From positions 1 through 64,000 of the forward strand of contig JAADVB010000015.1 of assembly GCA_023334545.1 (NCBI GenBank): a stretch of DNA of 64,000 bases, given 5' to 3'. Source of the stretch: Salisapilia sapeloensis CBS 127946. Lineage: Eukaryota > Protista > Oomycota. The notes beneath the pieces are model-generated. The model ran no database searches. It had not been told where the DNA came from and saw only the letters and a list, made by a program, of their open reading frames with translations. A program made the position numbers and the translations under genes. This document shows, piece by piece, positions 21,463-33,687 of this stretch (position 1 is its first letter; each line of letters starts with the position of its first letter).

Positions 21463-22053
21463 AGCTATCCACCTTTACGATTAATGGTGCCATGGTTTTT
21501 GCTTTGATAGCTTTATGGCAATATACATGTTGTAGTAAAGTAAAAAAACAAAGGCCATGCTGATTCTTTCCAACTCTTTCTTGTATTATTGCGATGTACA
21601 ATGTAAACCATTAAAGCGTAGAATAATTGGATGAGCATTACTGCAAGCTAACGCTTGCATAGACAACGCGGATTCACCTACCTAGCAGATCCTTCAGTTT
21701 CCCGTGATCATAGTAGATTGGAGGATCATCGCTCACTTCCTTTTTGCAGGCTGATGCATTTACTTTGATAAATGGAAAAGAGATATGTCAAGCAGCATGG
21801 AGATAGTCTTAAAATGGATACCTTCTGATCCGAAGCGCTAACGGAGATTAGAGATAATAGGAGCGCAATATCTTTAATTGCATGCAAGCGTATGCTAAAC
21901 TAGTGTCAAATGATAAAATAATTCCAGTTTCGTATAGAAAGGAAGAGTGTGAATGAAAACTTTGCCGCCCACGCAATCTGCAATGATGTACAATATCAAT
22001 CAAAACCAATGAAAGCAAAATTGCTCTATTGAAGTCGATGTTGCTCTATTCAT

Positions 22054-23478
22054 CTAGTTCTTTCGCTCTTCCAAAATGTCGTGGAATTTGCGCACCTTTT
22101 CGTTCCACTCCAACACGGATTTCTTAATCTCTTCTTCATCAGCAGTCTGCAGCTGACGTTCCTTTAGGACATTCTTGCCATGGATCCAAACATCCGAAAC
22201 ATGCTCCCGGCCAGCGACGTAGACGACATGGCTAATAGGATTGTACATCGGTAGCATCTCGAGACTGTCGCATCGAATAGCCACCAAATCTGCCTTCTTA
22301 CCAGCTTCAATGGAGCCCAATTCATGACCTCTGCCCAGTGCCTTAGCGCCGTTTAAAGTAGCCATACGAAGGGCTTCTGATGCAGTGACGTTAGTTGTTT
22401 CGAGCGTTTTGCCCTTGGCTAAAAGAGCAGCGAGCTTCATTTCTCCCATGAGATCCAAGGAGTTGTTGCTTGTAGCACCATCTGTGCCAAGTGCTACATT
22501 TCCTCCTTTCGACAGTAGATCGGATACACGTGCGATGCCTGATCCGAGCTTAAGGTTCGATGAAGGGCAGTGGACAACATGCGTGCCAGTATCCACCACA
22601 TGCTGCACCTCATCGTCCGTTAGCTGCGTCATATGCACAGCTACGAGCTTTTCATTGAGCAGTCCTAGCCTTTTGAAGTTGGCAAGAGGACGACAGTGCT
22701 GGTCACTGAGGTGTCTGCTCATCGAGTTCTCCACTTGCTGTTCACTGTGGTTACACTCGACCCCTGTTTCATGCAAGTGGGTGGTAACCTGGATATTGTA
22801 CTCGTCCGCGACAGCTTTTGCTCTTTCTAGACTCTTGTCGCTGACTGTGTATGGGGCATGAGGAGCCACAGTCACGCGGATAAGTTCGTGCTCGTTTTTG
22901 CCGTATTTGTCAAGCAGCTCTTTGCCCTTCACAAAGCAATCGTCGGCATCTTTCGTGTAGTTACTCGGGAACTCGATCACGGTCATGCCAACGCTAGCAC
23001 GCATTCCAATTTCTTCCAATGCCTTGCAGCTTGCAAGAGGAAAGAAGTACATGTCATTGATACAGGTCGTACCACCGCGAATGTATTCAGCTGCAGCGAG
23101 CTTCATACCGTCGTGGACAAAGTCTGGGCTGACGAATTCACCTTCGGCTGGCCACACATCCTGCGTCAACCAGTCGTGAAGTGGCTTGTCGTCAGCCATG
23201 CCTCGCATGAGAGTCATTGCAGAGTGCGTGTGGGCATTAATGAGTCCAGGAATGAGGATGTGCTGACCGAGGTCACGGGTTTCGCTAGCGTCGTACTTGG
23301 AAAACGCTTCCGCTTTCGGTAGCACTTCTACAATGATACCTTCACGAATTGCAATTGCATGATCTTTTAAGACAGTGTTGTTAGGTTCAACAGGGATGAT
23401 GTGTGCTGCCGAGAGCAGCAGGTCGATTGCTTCCTTGGCCATACTTGCTTGGTCCAGATTTATTTGTGGTTGGTACAT
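22054..23478 (-). CDS. mtaD: Amidohydrolase, TRZ/ATZ family; 5'-methylthioadenosine/S-adenosylhomocysteine deaminase-like
   Basis: PGLINAHTH (HxH), DMYFFP, APHAPYT, HLHET, HCPSSNLKLGSG, LGTDG...SNN and GSIEAGKKADL. Intronless. The start may be 23478 or 23442. Confidence 0.8.
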   Translation of the reverse strand: MYQPQINLDQASMAKEAIDLLLSAAHIIPVEPNNTVLKDHAIAIREGIIVEVLPKAEAFSKYDASETRDLGQHILIPGLINAHTHSAMTLMRGMADDKPLHDWLTQDVWPAEGEFVSPDFVHDGMKLAAAEYIRGGTTCINDMYFFPLASCKALEEIGMRASVGMTVIEFPSNYTKDADDCFVKGKELLDKYGKNEHELIRVTVAPHAPYTVSDKSLERAKAVADEYNIQVTTHLHETGVECNHSEQQVENSMSRHLSDQHCRPLANFKRLGLLNEKLVAVHMTQLTDDEVQHVVDTGTHVVHCPSSNLKLGSGIARVSDLLSKGGNVALGTDGATSNNSLDLMGEMKLAALLAKGKTLETTNVTASEALRMATLNGAKALGRGHELGSIEAGKKADLVAIRCDSLEMLPMYNPISHVVYVAGREHVSDVWIHGKNVLKERQLQTADEEEIKKSVLEWNEKVRKFHDILEERKN

Positions 23479-25067
23479 GGAGTGCAAGTATTTAATTGGA
23501 AACTAAACAATGAAATAAAGTATGTTTGCAGTGGTAACCGTCAAAATGCATTTTGTTATCTGGTCCGTGAAATGGAAGTTGGAATCAGAAGGTTGCGCAT
23601 GAGGAAATCTGGCGAGGTTGGCTCTTCATGCAAAGCAGACAGGCATATTCACTGCGCATGGATCATATGCATGAATTCAGAGGCACCACACTTGACTTAA
23701 ATGGTCGTGCTCAGCATTTCGCACAGCATTCGCACAATTGACTGCACATCAAATTGAAAATCGAGACATGCTGGCTTGAATTTGTCGGATTGCTTATGCC
23801 TTTACGTTGATTTTCGAATGATAAGTGGTAGTCAATTGCGTCAGATTCATGCACAGTAACCATCGCGTGCGTTTGCAAGCGTAATCGACTTTTTCGTACT
23901 TGGTTAGCGGAATCTTTTGTTGCTAGCGTTGTTGGCAGACCACCTTGACGTGATATGCAAGTGGATTACGATTCTTCAGGAAGTGTCGTTTTATATCATC
24001 AAGGATCTTTTACAAGAGAACCCACAGAGTCACTCCTCCTAGCTAGATTGTTTACAGTAGCTTCGCGTTCACCGCGTGTATATGCGGACCGGATTGTTAT
24101 GCCAACTAATGCTCTCATGTCATTACTTTTCACTGCTTCTTGATAGGCGTGGGTACCAAACTACGCGTTTCTTTTCTGGTATTCGAAGTCTCGTCTTTCA
24201 TTGCACTTGGGAGTAGATATCCTTTGCGATTGGCGAGCCTGCTATATCTGGAAATGTAGTGCATATGCTTATCGAGCGTGGAGACTATGTGCATGCATAT
24301 CTTCATTTCTCTGCGATACAGCGCACACAGAGTGCATTGATACTAAAAAGCAATTGCAGTCACTGCTTCTATATCTCTGCAAAGACGTTGCCAATTCACC
24401 CATTTCTTTCCCACGCCTGCTTCTACTCGAAGCACAAAAGTAAATTTCGTGCGTCTTAAAGCGAAAAAACTATCCACGCGGTCTTTGTTACCACCACGCT
24501 CCAACGATCGACGACAATGTGTACATAGCGCTTGTATCGAAGGTCAAATGTACGCTGGGAACTGGAAACTTGGCATGATAGCACCGGTGCGATCTACCCT
24601 TAACTCTTGTGGAAGTCACTTGGATTCATAAGGATGCGTCTACAGGTTAGCATGGATCATCTATGCATGCTTTGCGTTCAGATCATATCAGCCGCTGTTC
24701 TGGATATTGTGCCTCGTCCAATGCACTCGGTGCTTAGCGTTCAAGCACTGAAATGCTCTTAGAGGGCACGACGGTTTCCCCTTTGCTTCGAACCTGCACG
24801 TCACCGGCGTCCAATGTACCTTTACACGTCGTCCGTTGTAGGTGCTTACCACCGAGGTTCTATGTTTCTCATATTTCTTTTTCGAAGACAAAACTACAGA
24901 ACAAAAATAAATTCAAGCGTCATTGGCCTACTCGTCTAACGCAAGTTCAGATGGTGGGATTGGCTCGCCTTGACACTTTTCGTCTCGTCTCTCACCCACT
25001 CCCTCTTTGGTATTGCTTATGATCACGTCAGTATAGATTTTGCACTCGGACGCGCAAGTGTGTTGGA

Positions 25068-25937
25068 ATGGAGCATCGAATTTTACATCAAGCTGGTCCG
25101 CTGCCTTCGATAGCAGCGATGCAAGGTCGCTTCGAAGAGCCAGTCTTGTTGGAGCAGTCTATCCCTCCCATTGCCACGACCCAAGGTCTTCCACCATCCA
25201 ATCCCGAAGGGCTGCGCGAACTGGGCCAGCTCAAGAAGCGTCGGCGCAAGGAGCAATGTCGTGTGAATCAAGCGAACTACAGACGACGGAAGCGGCAGCA
25301 TGAAAATGAATTGAACGGCCAAATATCTTCATTAAAGGGAGAGATTCAGGAGCTCCAGGCACGTCGTTCAGCCCTGGCAGATGCTAGTGATCCTTCTCTC
25401 AGCGAAACTGGTTCCGTCAGCTCTGAGCACGAATCAGATCCGTTGGATGCCATCGATGCTCTCTATCGAGAATTGGACTCGACTAATATGCAAAGTCCAG
25501 AACTTGTCACAGCCCGTGACGCTCCGTCCTCTCGCTCCATCTTTGATTTGCAACAAGAAGAGTTTGATAGCGTCGAGGCCTTTCGATTGCAATGGCTGTG
25601 GTATCGCCAGCAATTCGACATGTTCCACTTCTGTGTCCTTTCATCTGAAAGGATGCAAATAGGAGGCGTTCTGCTGCTCAAAGTCGTCGGACAAGTACAC
25701 TTCCGAATGCGGCCAATTTGGCAAAAGGGTGGACAACGAGACAAGGATTGGACTCGAGCTACGTTCGTATGCCCTGTGATGCACCGGTTTGAAGTCGACC
25801 CAGAATACCATACAGTGTCGCAAGTGATTACTGAGGTGGACTGGATCAGCGGGATTGCATCTGCGACCAACTATGGGCCGCAGGATGTAGCTTTTATACT
25901 GCATGAGCTGGCAAGCGCTAGTCAAGCTTGGCACTAA
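25068..25937 (+). CDS. Oomycete-type bZIP transcription factor with Cys at the normally invariant Asn
   Basis: Basic region KRRRKEQCRVNQANYRRRKR (C-x7-R) followed by the zipper LNGQISSLKGEIQELQARRSAL. Confidence 0.85.
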   Translation: MEHRILHQAGPLPSIAAMQGRFEEPVLLEQSIPPIATTQGLPPSNPEGLRELGQLKKRRRKEQCRVNQANYRRRKRQHENELNGQISSLKGEIQELQARRSALADASDPSLSETGSVSSEHESDPLDAIDALYRELDSTNMQSPELVTARDAPSSRSIFDLQQEEFDSVEAFRLQWLWYRQQFDMFHFCVLSSERMQIGGVLLLKVVGQVHFRMRPIWQKGGQRDKDWTRATFVCPVMHRFEVDPEYHTVSQVITEVDWISGIASATNYGPQDVAFILHELASASQAWH

Positions 25938-26432
25938 AACCAGGCGAGTCTGAAGGGAGATGCATACTATAGCTGCTATTGATGGTAAGTTTGGCACGTG
26001 AATTGGCATGACTAGGAACATGTTGAGAAAGAAGAAACGCATGAATTATGATAGAAACTGTACATGGTTCGTTGGTATTGTGCTACGCCGTCCAGTAACG
26101 CTGGGTTCCCTGCTTACTACGAACCGATTAGCAACGTATCGACTCTCGGATCAGACCATTCGTAGCTTTCTTTCGTAGATGATCGACAGTCTAGACGCTA
26201 TGCGATTCGCTCTAGTCCAGCTTCATCAAGGTACAATGTGATAAAGAGTTAAGGTCTAGGAAGCACCTGGAAAAAGCGATCGATCTCAGTCAAGTACATA
26301 AATATATTTTCGCCATGATTAAAGTAACTTGGTCAATAACGTGTCTATCCTTTTTAAATTCGCCATGCCGATACTGATGCATCTGATTACAACCAGGGAC
26401 TTGTAAACAAAGTAAGCAATTAGTCGTGAAGG

Positions 26433-26675
26433 CTAATGACTCTTTCTTTTAGTATATATTTCAGATGAATCAAAGTGAAGATCTCTACCCGCCCTATAGA
26501 AGCATTTAGCGTGATCAAAGTTGTAAATGCTGAAGTTACTGAGTGCAGTTTTTAGGACAGACAGATCGTACTTTAGTGTTATGCCGAGTGCGATTGCAAA
26601 ATCGCTTTTGGAATGACTACTTTTCAATTTCCGTTTGATTGTGCGCTTTATGCTTACTGAATGCTGCAGGGACAT
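26433..26675 (-). mobile_element. Possible degraded pogo/DDE_1-type transposase fragment
   Basis: SIYNFDHAKCFYRA resembles the DDE_1 motif IYNxDETxxFYR. No terminal repeats found and the match is short. Confidence 0.2.
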
Positions 26676-27218
26676 CCTCTCTATTTACAATTCAAGTATG
26701 ATAGTATCAGTGATGTCATCTAGCTCTATTCCAAAACTAGGCGGTTTGCGAATGAAAACGAAGAAAGTGTATCACGCCAAATATCTCATCGTGGCCGATG
26801 AAGCTAGCTAGGATCTATCTCTTACTTACGTCTAGTTTCACGATCGGCAAGAAGTGCAATCAAAGGAAAAATGATTAGATGCATCAACCGCCATCAAGAC
26901 ACATAAATTTCTATAGCAGTACATTGCTCTCGTGGGTATACTACTTCATTGTATATTCAACTACAATCTTCTACGCAAACGTCACATAGTAGCTAGATTT
27001 GCAAGTTGGTGTTCCTATCTCTGGTTTAAGAATTGTAGGTACAGGAGAGATGCCATTCTATCCTAACACGGTCGTTAGCATCATTACATAAAGTCTTTTT
27101 ATCTCTGCTTGCATGACTCAGTTAATATAGCAACAAAATGAAATAAAGATCAAAAATGAAATAAAAAGTCAATGGAAACGTATTCATGTCATCCTCGGTG
27201 TCCAAGTGCATCTGAAGT

Positions 27219-28061
27219 TTACGATTCACCTTGCGCCTCAAGCTCATACTCTAAGTGGAAAAGTGCAGCTAGAAGTAGCATGCGGTCGTTTATGGACGCT
27301 CCATGTGGAAACTCAAGCAAATAGTTGTCGAACTGATAAGACATTCGACAATAGGCATTGCAGCAACCGTCAGTCCCAGCAGCAAACGTTTTTTGAAGAT
27401 GAGCCACAACTTTCCCTTCCTGGTCAAGGATATCAAATACGGCATCATTCCGTAAGCATGATCCGCCGCAACAGTTATTCACTCTTCCACAGCAACTAAA
27501 GTTACTGCGCAATGTATATCTTTTCTCAAACCCACTGTCAGTCGTACTGCACTCGATGTCGGTGTAGGTAGTGCAGAGACAGCAAGCGGCAAAACATTTG
27601 GAGCAGTAGGACGAAAAGTCTTCCCGTACGCGACCAATGCGTTTACCTTGGTTGTCTTGAAGACTCATCTCATGCGGATGACAGCACATGCCGCCACATT
27701 TAAAAGGCCGGTCGATGACATAGGCATTCCCAGTACCGACATCCACTGAGAAATGAAGCTTGAGAGGGCGCATACTGCCAATACCAAGGCATTGAAGGAA
27801 AACTCGAAGACAAGCATTGCTTTCTTCTACTGCCCACATCCACGTTTCCATACTTTCCAGTTCATCAGACGTTGGTTCCCATCCTCTCGTGTCCCTAGGC
27901 TCGCTCTTTACGGCTTTATCAAGAGGTAAGGCCATGATGCGGTACTTGTTCCGATTTTCCAGTGGAATACCAAACTCTTGTGCAACACTTTCACCAACTT
28001 GCGTTGTCTGGCGAACGGCTAGGCCGGGTGCATTGAGAAGCGTATTGGACGTGGCATCCAT
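27219..28061 (-). CDS. Cys-rich phospholipid scramblase-like protein, paralogue 2
   Basis: Intact intronless 280-aa ORF, collinear with 3863-4702 along its whole length. Confidence 0.78.
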   Translation of the reverse strand: MDATSNTLLNAPGLAVRQTTQVGESVAQEFGIPLENRNKYRIMALPLDKAVKSEPRDTRGWEPTSDELESMETWMWAVEESNACLRVFLQCLGIGSMRPLKLHFSVDVGTGNAYVIDRPFKCGGMCCHPHEMSLQDNQGKRIGRVREDFSSYCSKCFAACCLCTTYTDIECSTTDSGFEKRYTLRSNFSCCGRVNNCCGGSCLRNDAVFDILDQEGKVVAHLQKTFAAGTDGCCNAYCRMSYQFDNYLLEFPHGASINDRMLLLAALFHLEYELEAQGES

Positions 28062-28898
28062 TTATATAAGAGGGTGCGTTTGAAAGAGCAATAAAAGAAC
28101 TGGTAATACTCTGTTCTCCGTTAAACGAAGCCTAGCGAATATTTGCTTTGCACAAGAGTATGAAAGTAAAAGCGTGTTCATTTCCAGCCACATAACTTTC
28201 CACTAGACCACACAAATGAAAATTGTGCTGGAGGCATCGCATATATCACAGATAGCTGCTTGTAGTCAACAGCTCCAAAATAATGATTTGGGGGATGTTT
28301 TGATCCATCTAGATATTGCACTATCTTTTTTCATGTTGTGATTGAGGTCTAAATGACAGAATTGTGGGTATTTGGTGTCTACACAGACCCTTATACAATG
28401 ATGCGAGCTTTCATTTGTAATGAAGTTTTCAGGCAGGAGTAAAAATGGAGGTAAATTGTATGTGATGCTAGTTTTGCGATCAATCCATGTCTTCCTGCTT
28501 AATAAAAGCAAGAGAAAACATCTTCGAGTGAACTTCAATGTTTTTCTGGTAAAAGAAATATGAATCATGAAATGCCACCGTGTAGCAACCTAGGATTACT
28601 ATAGTTTGACCGTCAAAAGCCTATCTCGCCTTCTATCAAGCAGCAACCTTCTATGCATTCTGTGATGGCAAAGTAGTGAGAATTTCAACTTAATTTTCCG
28701 CTACACTTTAAAATATCGGTGCGAGAGAGTATGCTTCATGCTGAGATAGTCGTCAATTAAAGTATACCAAGCAAGTATCGTTTCATTTCTGCTTTATAGC
28801 TAAAGAGATAAGCTCAACTACAGCAACTAGAAGTCAAGTATTGTAATGTTGATGCAAGCATTTTCATTTCATCTTCGGTATTAAAAGTGACTTTACAC

Positions 28899-29731
28899 TC
28901 CTTGGTCACCTTAAGCTGTACCCTAAAGGTCCAATTGGAACAGTGCTGCTAAAGTAGCATGCGGTCGTTTGTAGACGCTCCATGTGGAAACTCGGGCATA
29001 TAGTTGTCGAACTGGTACATGATTCGGCAGAAAGATTTGAAGCAGCCGTCCGACCCAACAGAAAACGTTTTCCGAAGATGAGCCACGATTTTCCCTTCTT
29101 GATCAAGGACGTCGAAGACGGCATCGTTTCTTAGGCATGCTCCGCTGCAACAATTATTCACTTTTCCGCAGCAGCTAAAGTTACTGCACAATGTGTCTTT
29201 TCACAAACCCACCGTCAGTCGTAGTGCATTCAAAGTCTTCGTACGTCTTACGAAGGCAGCAGAAGGCAAAGCATTGTGAAAATTAGGAAGAAGACTTCAC
29301 TTACTTAACCAATGAGTTTGCCTTTGTTATGTTTAAGCTTCATCTCATGCGGGTGACAGCACATGCTGCCACATTTAAAAGGCCGGTCGATGACATAGGC
29401 ATCATCGTTGCGGACATCGACGGAGAAGTGAAGCTTGAGAGGGCGCATACTGCCAATGCCAAGACATTGGAGGAAATTCAAATAAAGGAATTTCTTCAGA
29501 TGCCAACATATATGTGTTCAAGCCTTCCAACTCATCAGAAATTCGTTATCATCCTTTCACATCCTTCGGTTCGCTCTTCACGTCTTTGCCAGAAGATAGA
29601 GCCATGATTCGGTACCTGTTCTGCTTTTCCGATGGGATTCCAAGCTCTTGGCCAACACTTTCGCCACCTTGCGTCAGCTGACGGACGGCAAGGCCATGTA
29701 CATTGAGAAGCGTAATCGATGTATCATCCAT
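28899..29731 (-). pseudogene. Scramblase-like pseudogene, paralogue 3 (tandem to paralogue 2)
   Basis: ATG 29731 (MDDTSITLLNVHGLAVRQ). The conserved Trp codon has become TGA after EPKDVKG, immediately followed by TAA. There are frameshifting indels and further TAG/TAA codons near the 3' end. Fragments remain homologous (CSNFSCCGKVNNCC, DRMLL). Confidence 0.9.
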
Positions 29732-30234
29732 TCGTAGATGAGCAGCGGGTGCTGTCGACAGAGCGCTTTCAATAATGGCAACAGTCTGGTAACCTGCTCG
29801 AGACAGACACATCTGTGCTATGTAGAAGCATAGGAAAGCAGGCGCGTGTTTAATTTTTAATCTGTGTAGATATCCACTTGGTGATACCCACACCGGTCGC
29901 AATATATGCTTCGCAATATCACAGATCGCTTGAAGCAGACAGCAACTCGGCTACAACTGTATCAAGAGCATCATACTTAATTCTATCCAAAGCCATTTGA
30001 CTTCTAAAGTCAGCTATGATCTTCAAATCTAATGTTTTAGGCAGCGTCAAGTAGCCCATATACTATCTCGCACAGTGGTGGAGCCCAAGGGAGATAGTCG
30101 CCCAAGGTGTAGATGAACCCTATACGCTAAATATATCCATGTCGTTGGTATATATTTAGTTTTATCGACTAAATCTACTACAGCGTATATACCAACAACG
30201 CACTTGAGCTCTTCGCCATCGCTTGTGGTTTCAG

Positions 30235-33200
30235 ATGCCTCCGTCCGCCGGCATGCCGGAGCTTCCAGTGGAAGCTGCCTCTCAAGAGGAACTGGAGAAG
30301 CCTGTGCCTCACGTGAAGGACAAGTGGAAATTGCTACCGTACTTTTTGCAGCTGCGTGGCCTTGTCAAGCAGCACATTGACTCGTTCGACTACTTTACAA
30401 ATGTCGACATGAAGCACATTGTGCGTGCGCAGGCAAACAATGTCGTCCGAAGTGATGCCGACCCCAAGTTCTTTTTGCAATACACGGACATTCACCTTGG
30501 TGCGCCTTCCATTGACGAAGAAGCCTTTGTCGCGTCGAACGTGACGCCGCACCAGTGTCGTCTTCGCGACCGGACGTATGCTGCGCCCATCTACGCAAGC
30601 GTGCGATACCGTCGAGGAGACAAGATCGTGACGAACAACCGCGTGCTCATCGGTCGAATGCCGATCATGCTCCGTTCCGACCATTGCGTCCTCAAGGACA
30701 AGAGCGATGGGGAGCTCGCCAAGCTCAAAGAGTGTCCGTACGACCCAGGCGGATATTTTATTGTTGGTGGTGTGGAGAAAGTGGTGCTCATTCATGAGCA
30801 ATTGTCTAAGAATCGAGTTATTCTCGAGGAAGACCCGAAGCACAATGTATGTGCCAGTATCACGTCGTCCACCCATGAACGTAAATCTCGTACGAACATC
30901 TTCCTATCCAAAGGAAAGATGTATCTAAAGTCCAATTCCTTTGCATCCGACCTGCCGATTGTCATTGTCCTGCGTGGCATGGGACTCGAGAACGACCAGG
31001 AGATCGTGTCACTCATCGGGAGCGAGCGAGAGCTTACGGATGCTCTCACGCCTTCCTTTGAAGAGGCATCGGAGCTCAAAGTCTTTACGCAGCAGCAGGC
31101 TCTCGAGTTCATCGGGTCCAAAATGACCTCCATCTCCAAGATGAGTAACAATCGCCAGCGATCAGGCAACACCAAGTCTGCTGCCGACGCCGCTCGATCC
31201 GCTCTCGCGAACCTCGTTTTGAATCACGTTCCGTGTGAAAATTTTGACTTTCGATTGAAAAGCATCTACGTCGCCCATATCGTCCGTCGTGTGCTCCACA
31301 CGGACGCCGATCGGACGCGATTGGATGACAAGGACTACTACGGTAACAAGCGATTGGAACTAGCAGGTCAGCTGCTCTCTCTCCTGTTCGAAGATCTGTT
31401 CAAGCGGTTTAACAGCGACTTGAAGCGACAGGCAGATATGGTTCTGTCGAAACCGAACCGCGCTTCGGTCTTTGACGTCGTCAAGTGCATTCGCACCGAC
31501 ACGATCACTCAAGGTTTCAACCACGCGCTGTCCACGGGTAACTGGACGCTCAAGCGTTTCCGCATGGACCGAGCGGGTGTCACCCACGTCCTCTCGCGAC
31601 TCAGTTACATGTCTGCACTCGGTATGATGACGCGTATCTCATCCCAGTTTGAGAAAACGAGAAAGGTGTCGGGGCCTCGGTCGCTCCAAGCTTCTCAGTG
31701 GGGCATGCTGTGTCCTGCCGACACGCCGGAAGGAGAAGCGTGTGGACTGGTAAAGAACCTGGCGCTTCTGTGCCATGTGACGTCAGACGAAGAGCCTGAA
31801 CCGATCCAGCGACTGTGCTATGATCTAGGCATGACAGATGTGGCCATGGGTGCCGGACAGGAACTTAATCACCCGAGTAACTACCTCGTCATGCTTAATG
31901 GTGTCCTCATCGGTACGCACATGCACCCTCGAGACTTTGTCACGCGTCTGCGTCGTATTCGACGTGCAGGTCTGATCGGTGAGTTCGTGTCAGTCATGAT
32001 CCACGACGTCCAGCGCGTTGTGTACATTGCATCTGACGGTGGTCGCGTCTGCCGTCCGTTGCTACTGATCGACCCGAAGACACATCGCACTCGACTGACG
32101 CAGCGGCATTTAGATGAGTTGCAGGCAGGCGTGCGAGGTCTTTCGAGTCTCATTGTTGAAGGATGCGTAGAGTACGTCGACGTGAATGAAGAGAACAATT
32201 GTCTCGTGGCGCTGCATGAAGGAGAAGTGACGGAGCGTACGACTCACGTCGAGATCGACCCAGTGACTATCCTCGGCGTCGTCTCCGGACTGATCCCGTA
32301 CCCTCACCACAACCAGAGTCCTCGTAATACATACCAATGTGCTATGGGAAAGCAGGCGATCGGAACCATTGCTATGAACCAGTACGAGCGCATTGACACG
32401 CTGCTGTACACGATGGTGTATCCCCACATGCCACTAGTCAAGTCGCGCGTGTTAGACCTGGTCAACTTTGACAGCGTACCTGCTGGACAGAATGCCATGG
32501 TGGCTGTCATGAGTTACTCTGGCTATGACATTGAAGATGCCATCGTTTTGAACAAAGCTAGTCTAGACCGCGGCTTTGGCCGCTGCATGGTCTTTAAAAA
32601 GTACCAGACGATGGTCAAAAAATATGCCAATGGCACGTTTGACCGTATCGTCGGACCTCCGGATGGTAACCTCGGTCTTCGAGGCGCCAAGTTCGAGTCG
32701 TTGGATCCGGATGGCATTGCTAGAGTCGGTAGCGTCATCCAGAATGGAGCTATTTTGGTCAATAAGGAGATGCCGGTGCAGGTGAATAACGATGGAGCTG
32801 ACGGACAGGATCCGCTGGACGTGTCGTACAAACCAGCGCCCACGACGTACAAGGCGCCTGTGCCGGCGTATGTAGACAAGGTTCTGCTGACGTCATCGGA
32901 AGCAAACCACTTCCTCGTCAAGGTTCTCACTCGACAGACGCGACGTCCGGAGCTGGGAGACAAGTTCAGTAGTCGACACGGACAGAAGGGTGTGTGTGGT
33001 ACGATTCGGAACCAAGAGGACATGCCGTTCAACGACCAAGGTGTGTGTCCTGATCTGATCATGAACCCTCATGGTTTCCCGAGTCGAATGACTGTCGGTA
33101 AGATGATCGAGTTGATCGCTGGTAAGTCCGCTTTGCTTACGGGCAAGAGAGCGTATGGTACTGCATTTGGCGAACAGTTCGGATCGGCAGATCATGTACT

Positions 33201-33687
33201 CGACTGCTCGAATCGACTCGTCCGGAACGGATTCAACTACGCAGGAAAGGAGTACCTGACGTCTGGACTCACGGGGGAAGCCATCCAGTGCTACATCTTC
33301 ATGGGTCCCATCTACTACCAGAAGCTCAAGCATATGGTCATGGACAAGATGCACGCTCGAGCAAGAGGACCAAGAGCTGTCTTGACTCGACAGCCAACGG
33401 AAGGTCGGTCGAGAGACGGAGGACTGCGGCTCGGAGAGATGGAGCGCGACTGTTTGATTGGATACGGAGCGAGTATGCTTTTGATGGAGAGACTGATGAT
33501 CTCGAGTGACGCGTTCACGGCGGACGTGTGCCAGGAGTGCCGCATGCTTGGGTACGATGGCTGGTGCCAATACTGCAAGTCCGAGGAAAAGGTCGTGAAC
33601 ATCAACGTTCCGTACGCGTGCAAGCTCCTCTTCCAGGAGCTGCAGGCGATGAACATTGTGCCACGACTGACACTACAGGAATATTAA
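30235..33687 (+). CDS. RPC2: RNA polymerase III second-largest subunit
   Basis: [26 protein letters not shown] (RPC2-type N-terminus), [33 protein letters not shown] and [14 protein letters not shown]. Intronless. Confidence 0.95.
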   Translation: MPPSAGMPELPVEAASQEELEKPVPHVKDKWKLLPYFLQLRGLVKQHIDSFDYFTNVDMKHIVRAQANNVVRSDADPKFFLQYTDIHLGAPSIDEEAFVASNVTPHQCRLRDRTYAAPIYASVRYRRGDKIVTNNRVLIGRMPIMLRSDHCVLKDKSDGELAKLKECPYDPGGYFIVGGVEKVVLIHEQLSKNRVILEEDPKHNVCASITSSTHERKSRTNIFLSKGKMYLKSNSFASDLPIVIVLRGMGLENDQEIVSLIGSERELTDALTPSFEEASELKVFTQQQALEFIGSKMTSISKMSNNRQRSGNTKSAADAARSALANLVLNHVPCENFDFRLKSIYVAHIVRRVLHTDADRTRLDDKDYYGNKRLELAGQLLSLLFEDLFKRFNSDLKRQADMVLSKPNRASVFDVVKCIRTDTITQGFNHALSTGNWTLKRFRMDRAGVTHVLSRLSYMSALGMMTRISSQFEKTRKVSGPRSLQASQWGMLCPADTPEGEACGLVKNLALLCHVTSDEEPEPIQRLCYDLGMTDVAMGAGQELNHPSNYLVMLNGVLIGTHMHPRDFVTRLRRIRRAGLIGEFVSVMIHDVQRVVYIASDGGRVCRPLLLIDPKTHRTRLTQRHLDELQAGVRGLSSLIVEGCVEYVDVNEENNCLVALHEGEVTERTTHVEIDPVTILGVVSGLIPYPHHNQSPRNTYQCAMGKQAIGTIAMNQYERIDTLLYTMVYPHMPLVKSRVLDLVNFDSVPAGQNAMVAVMSYSGYDIEDAIVLNKASLDRGFGRCMVFKKYQTMVKKYANGTFDRIVGPPDGNLGLRGAKFESLDPDGIARVGSVIQNGAILVNKEMPVQVNNDGADGQDPLDVSYKPAPTTYKAPVPAYVDKVLLTSSEANHFLVKVLTRQTRRPELGDKFSSRHGQKGVCGTIRNQEDMPFNDQGVCPDLIMNPHGFPSRMTVGKMIELIAGKSALLTGKRAYGTAFGEQFGSADHVLDCSNRLVRNGFNYAGKEYLTSGLTGEAIQCYIFMGPIYYQKLKHMVMDKMHARARGPRAVLTRQPTEGRSRDGGLRLGEMERDCLIGYGASMLLMERLMISSDAFTADVCQECRMLGYDGWCQYCKSEEKVVNINVPYACKLLFQELQAMNIVPRLTLQEY

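Noticed and set aside
23500-25050. Frequent TGCATGCA/CATATG palindromes and short near-repeats upstream of the bZIP gene
   Set aside because: They are short and irregularly spaced, not an array, and not distinguishable from background.
11752-33656. Numerous antisense or alternate-frame ORFs inside GBF1, mtaD, RPC2 and other long CDSs
   Set aside because: These are shadow ORFs expected from codon bias and GC content, with no motifs.
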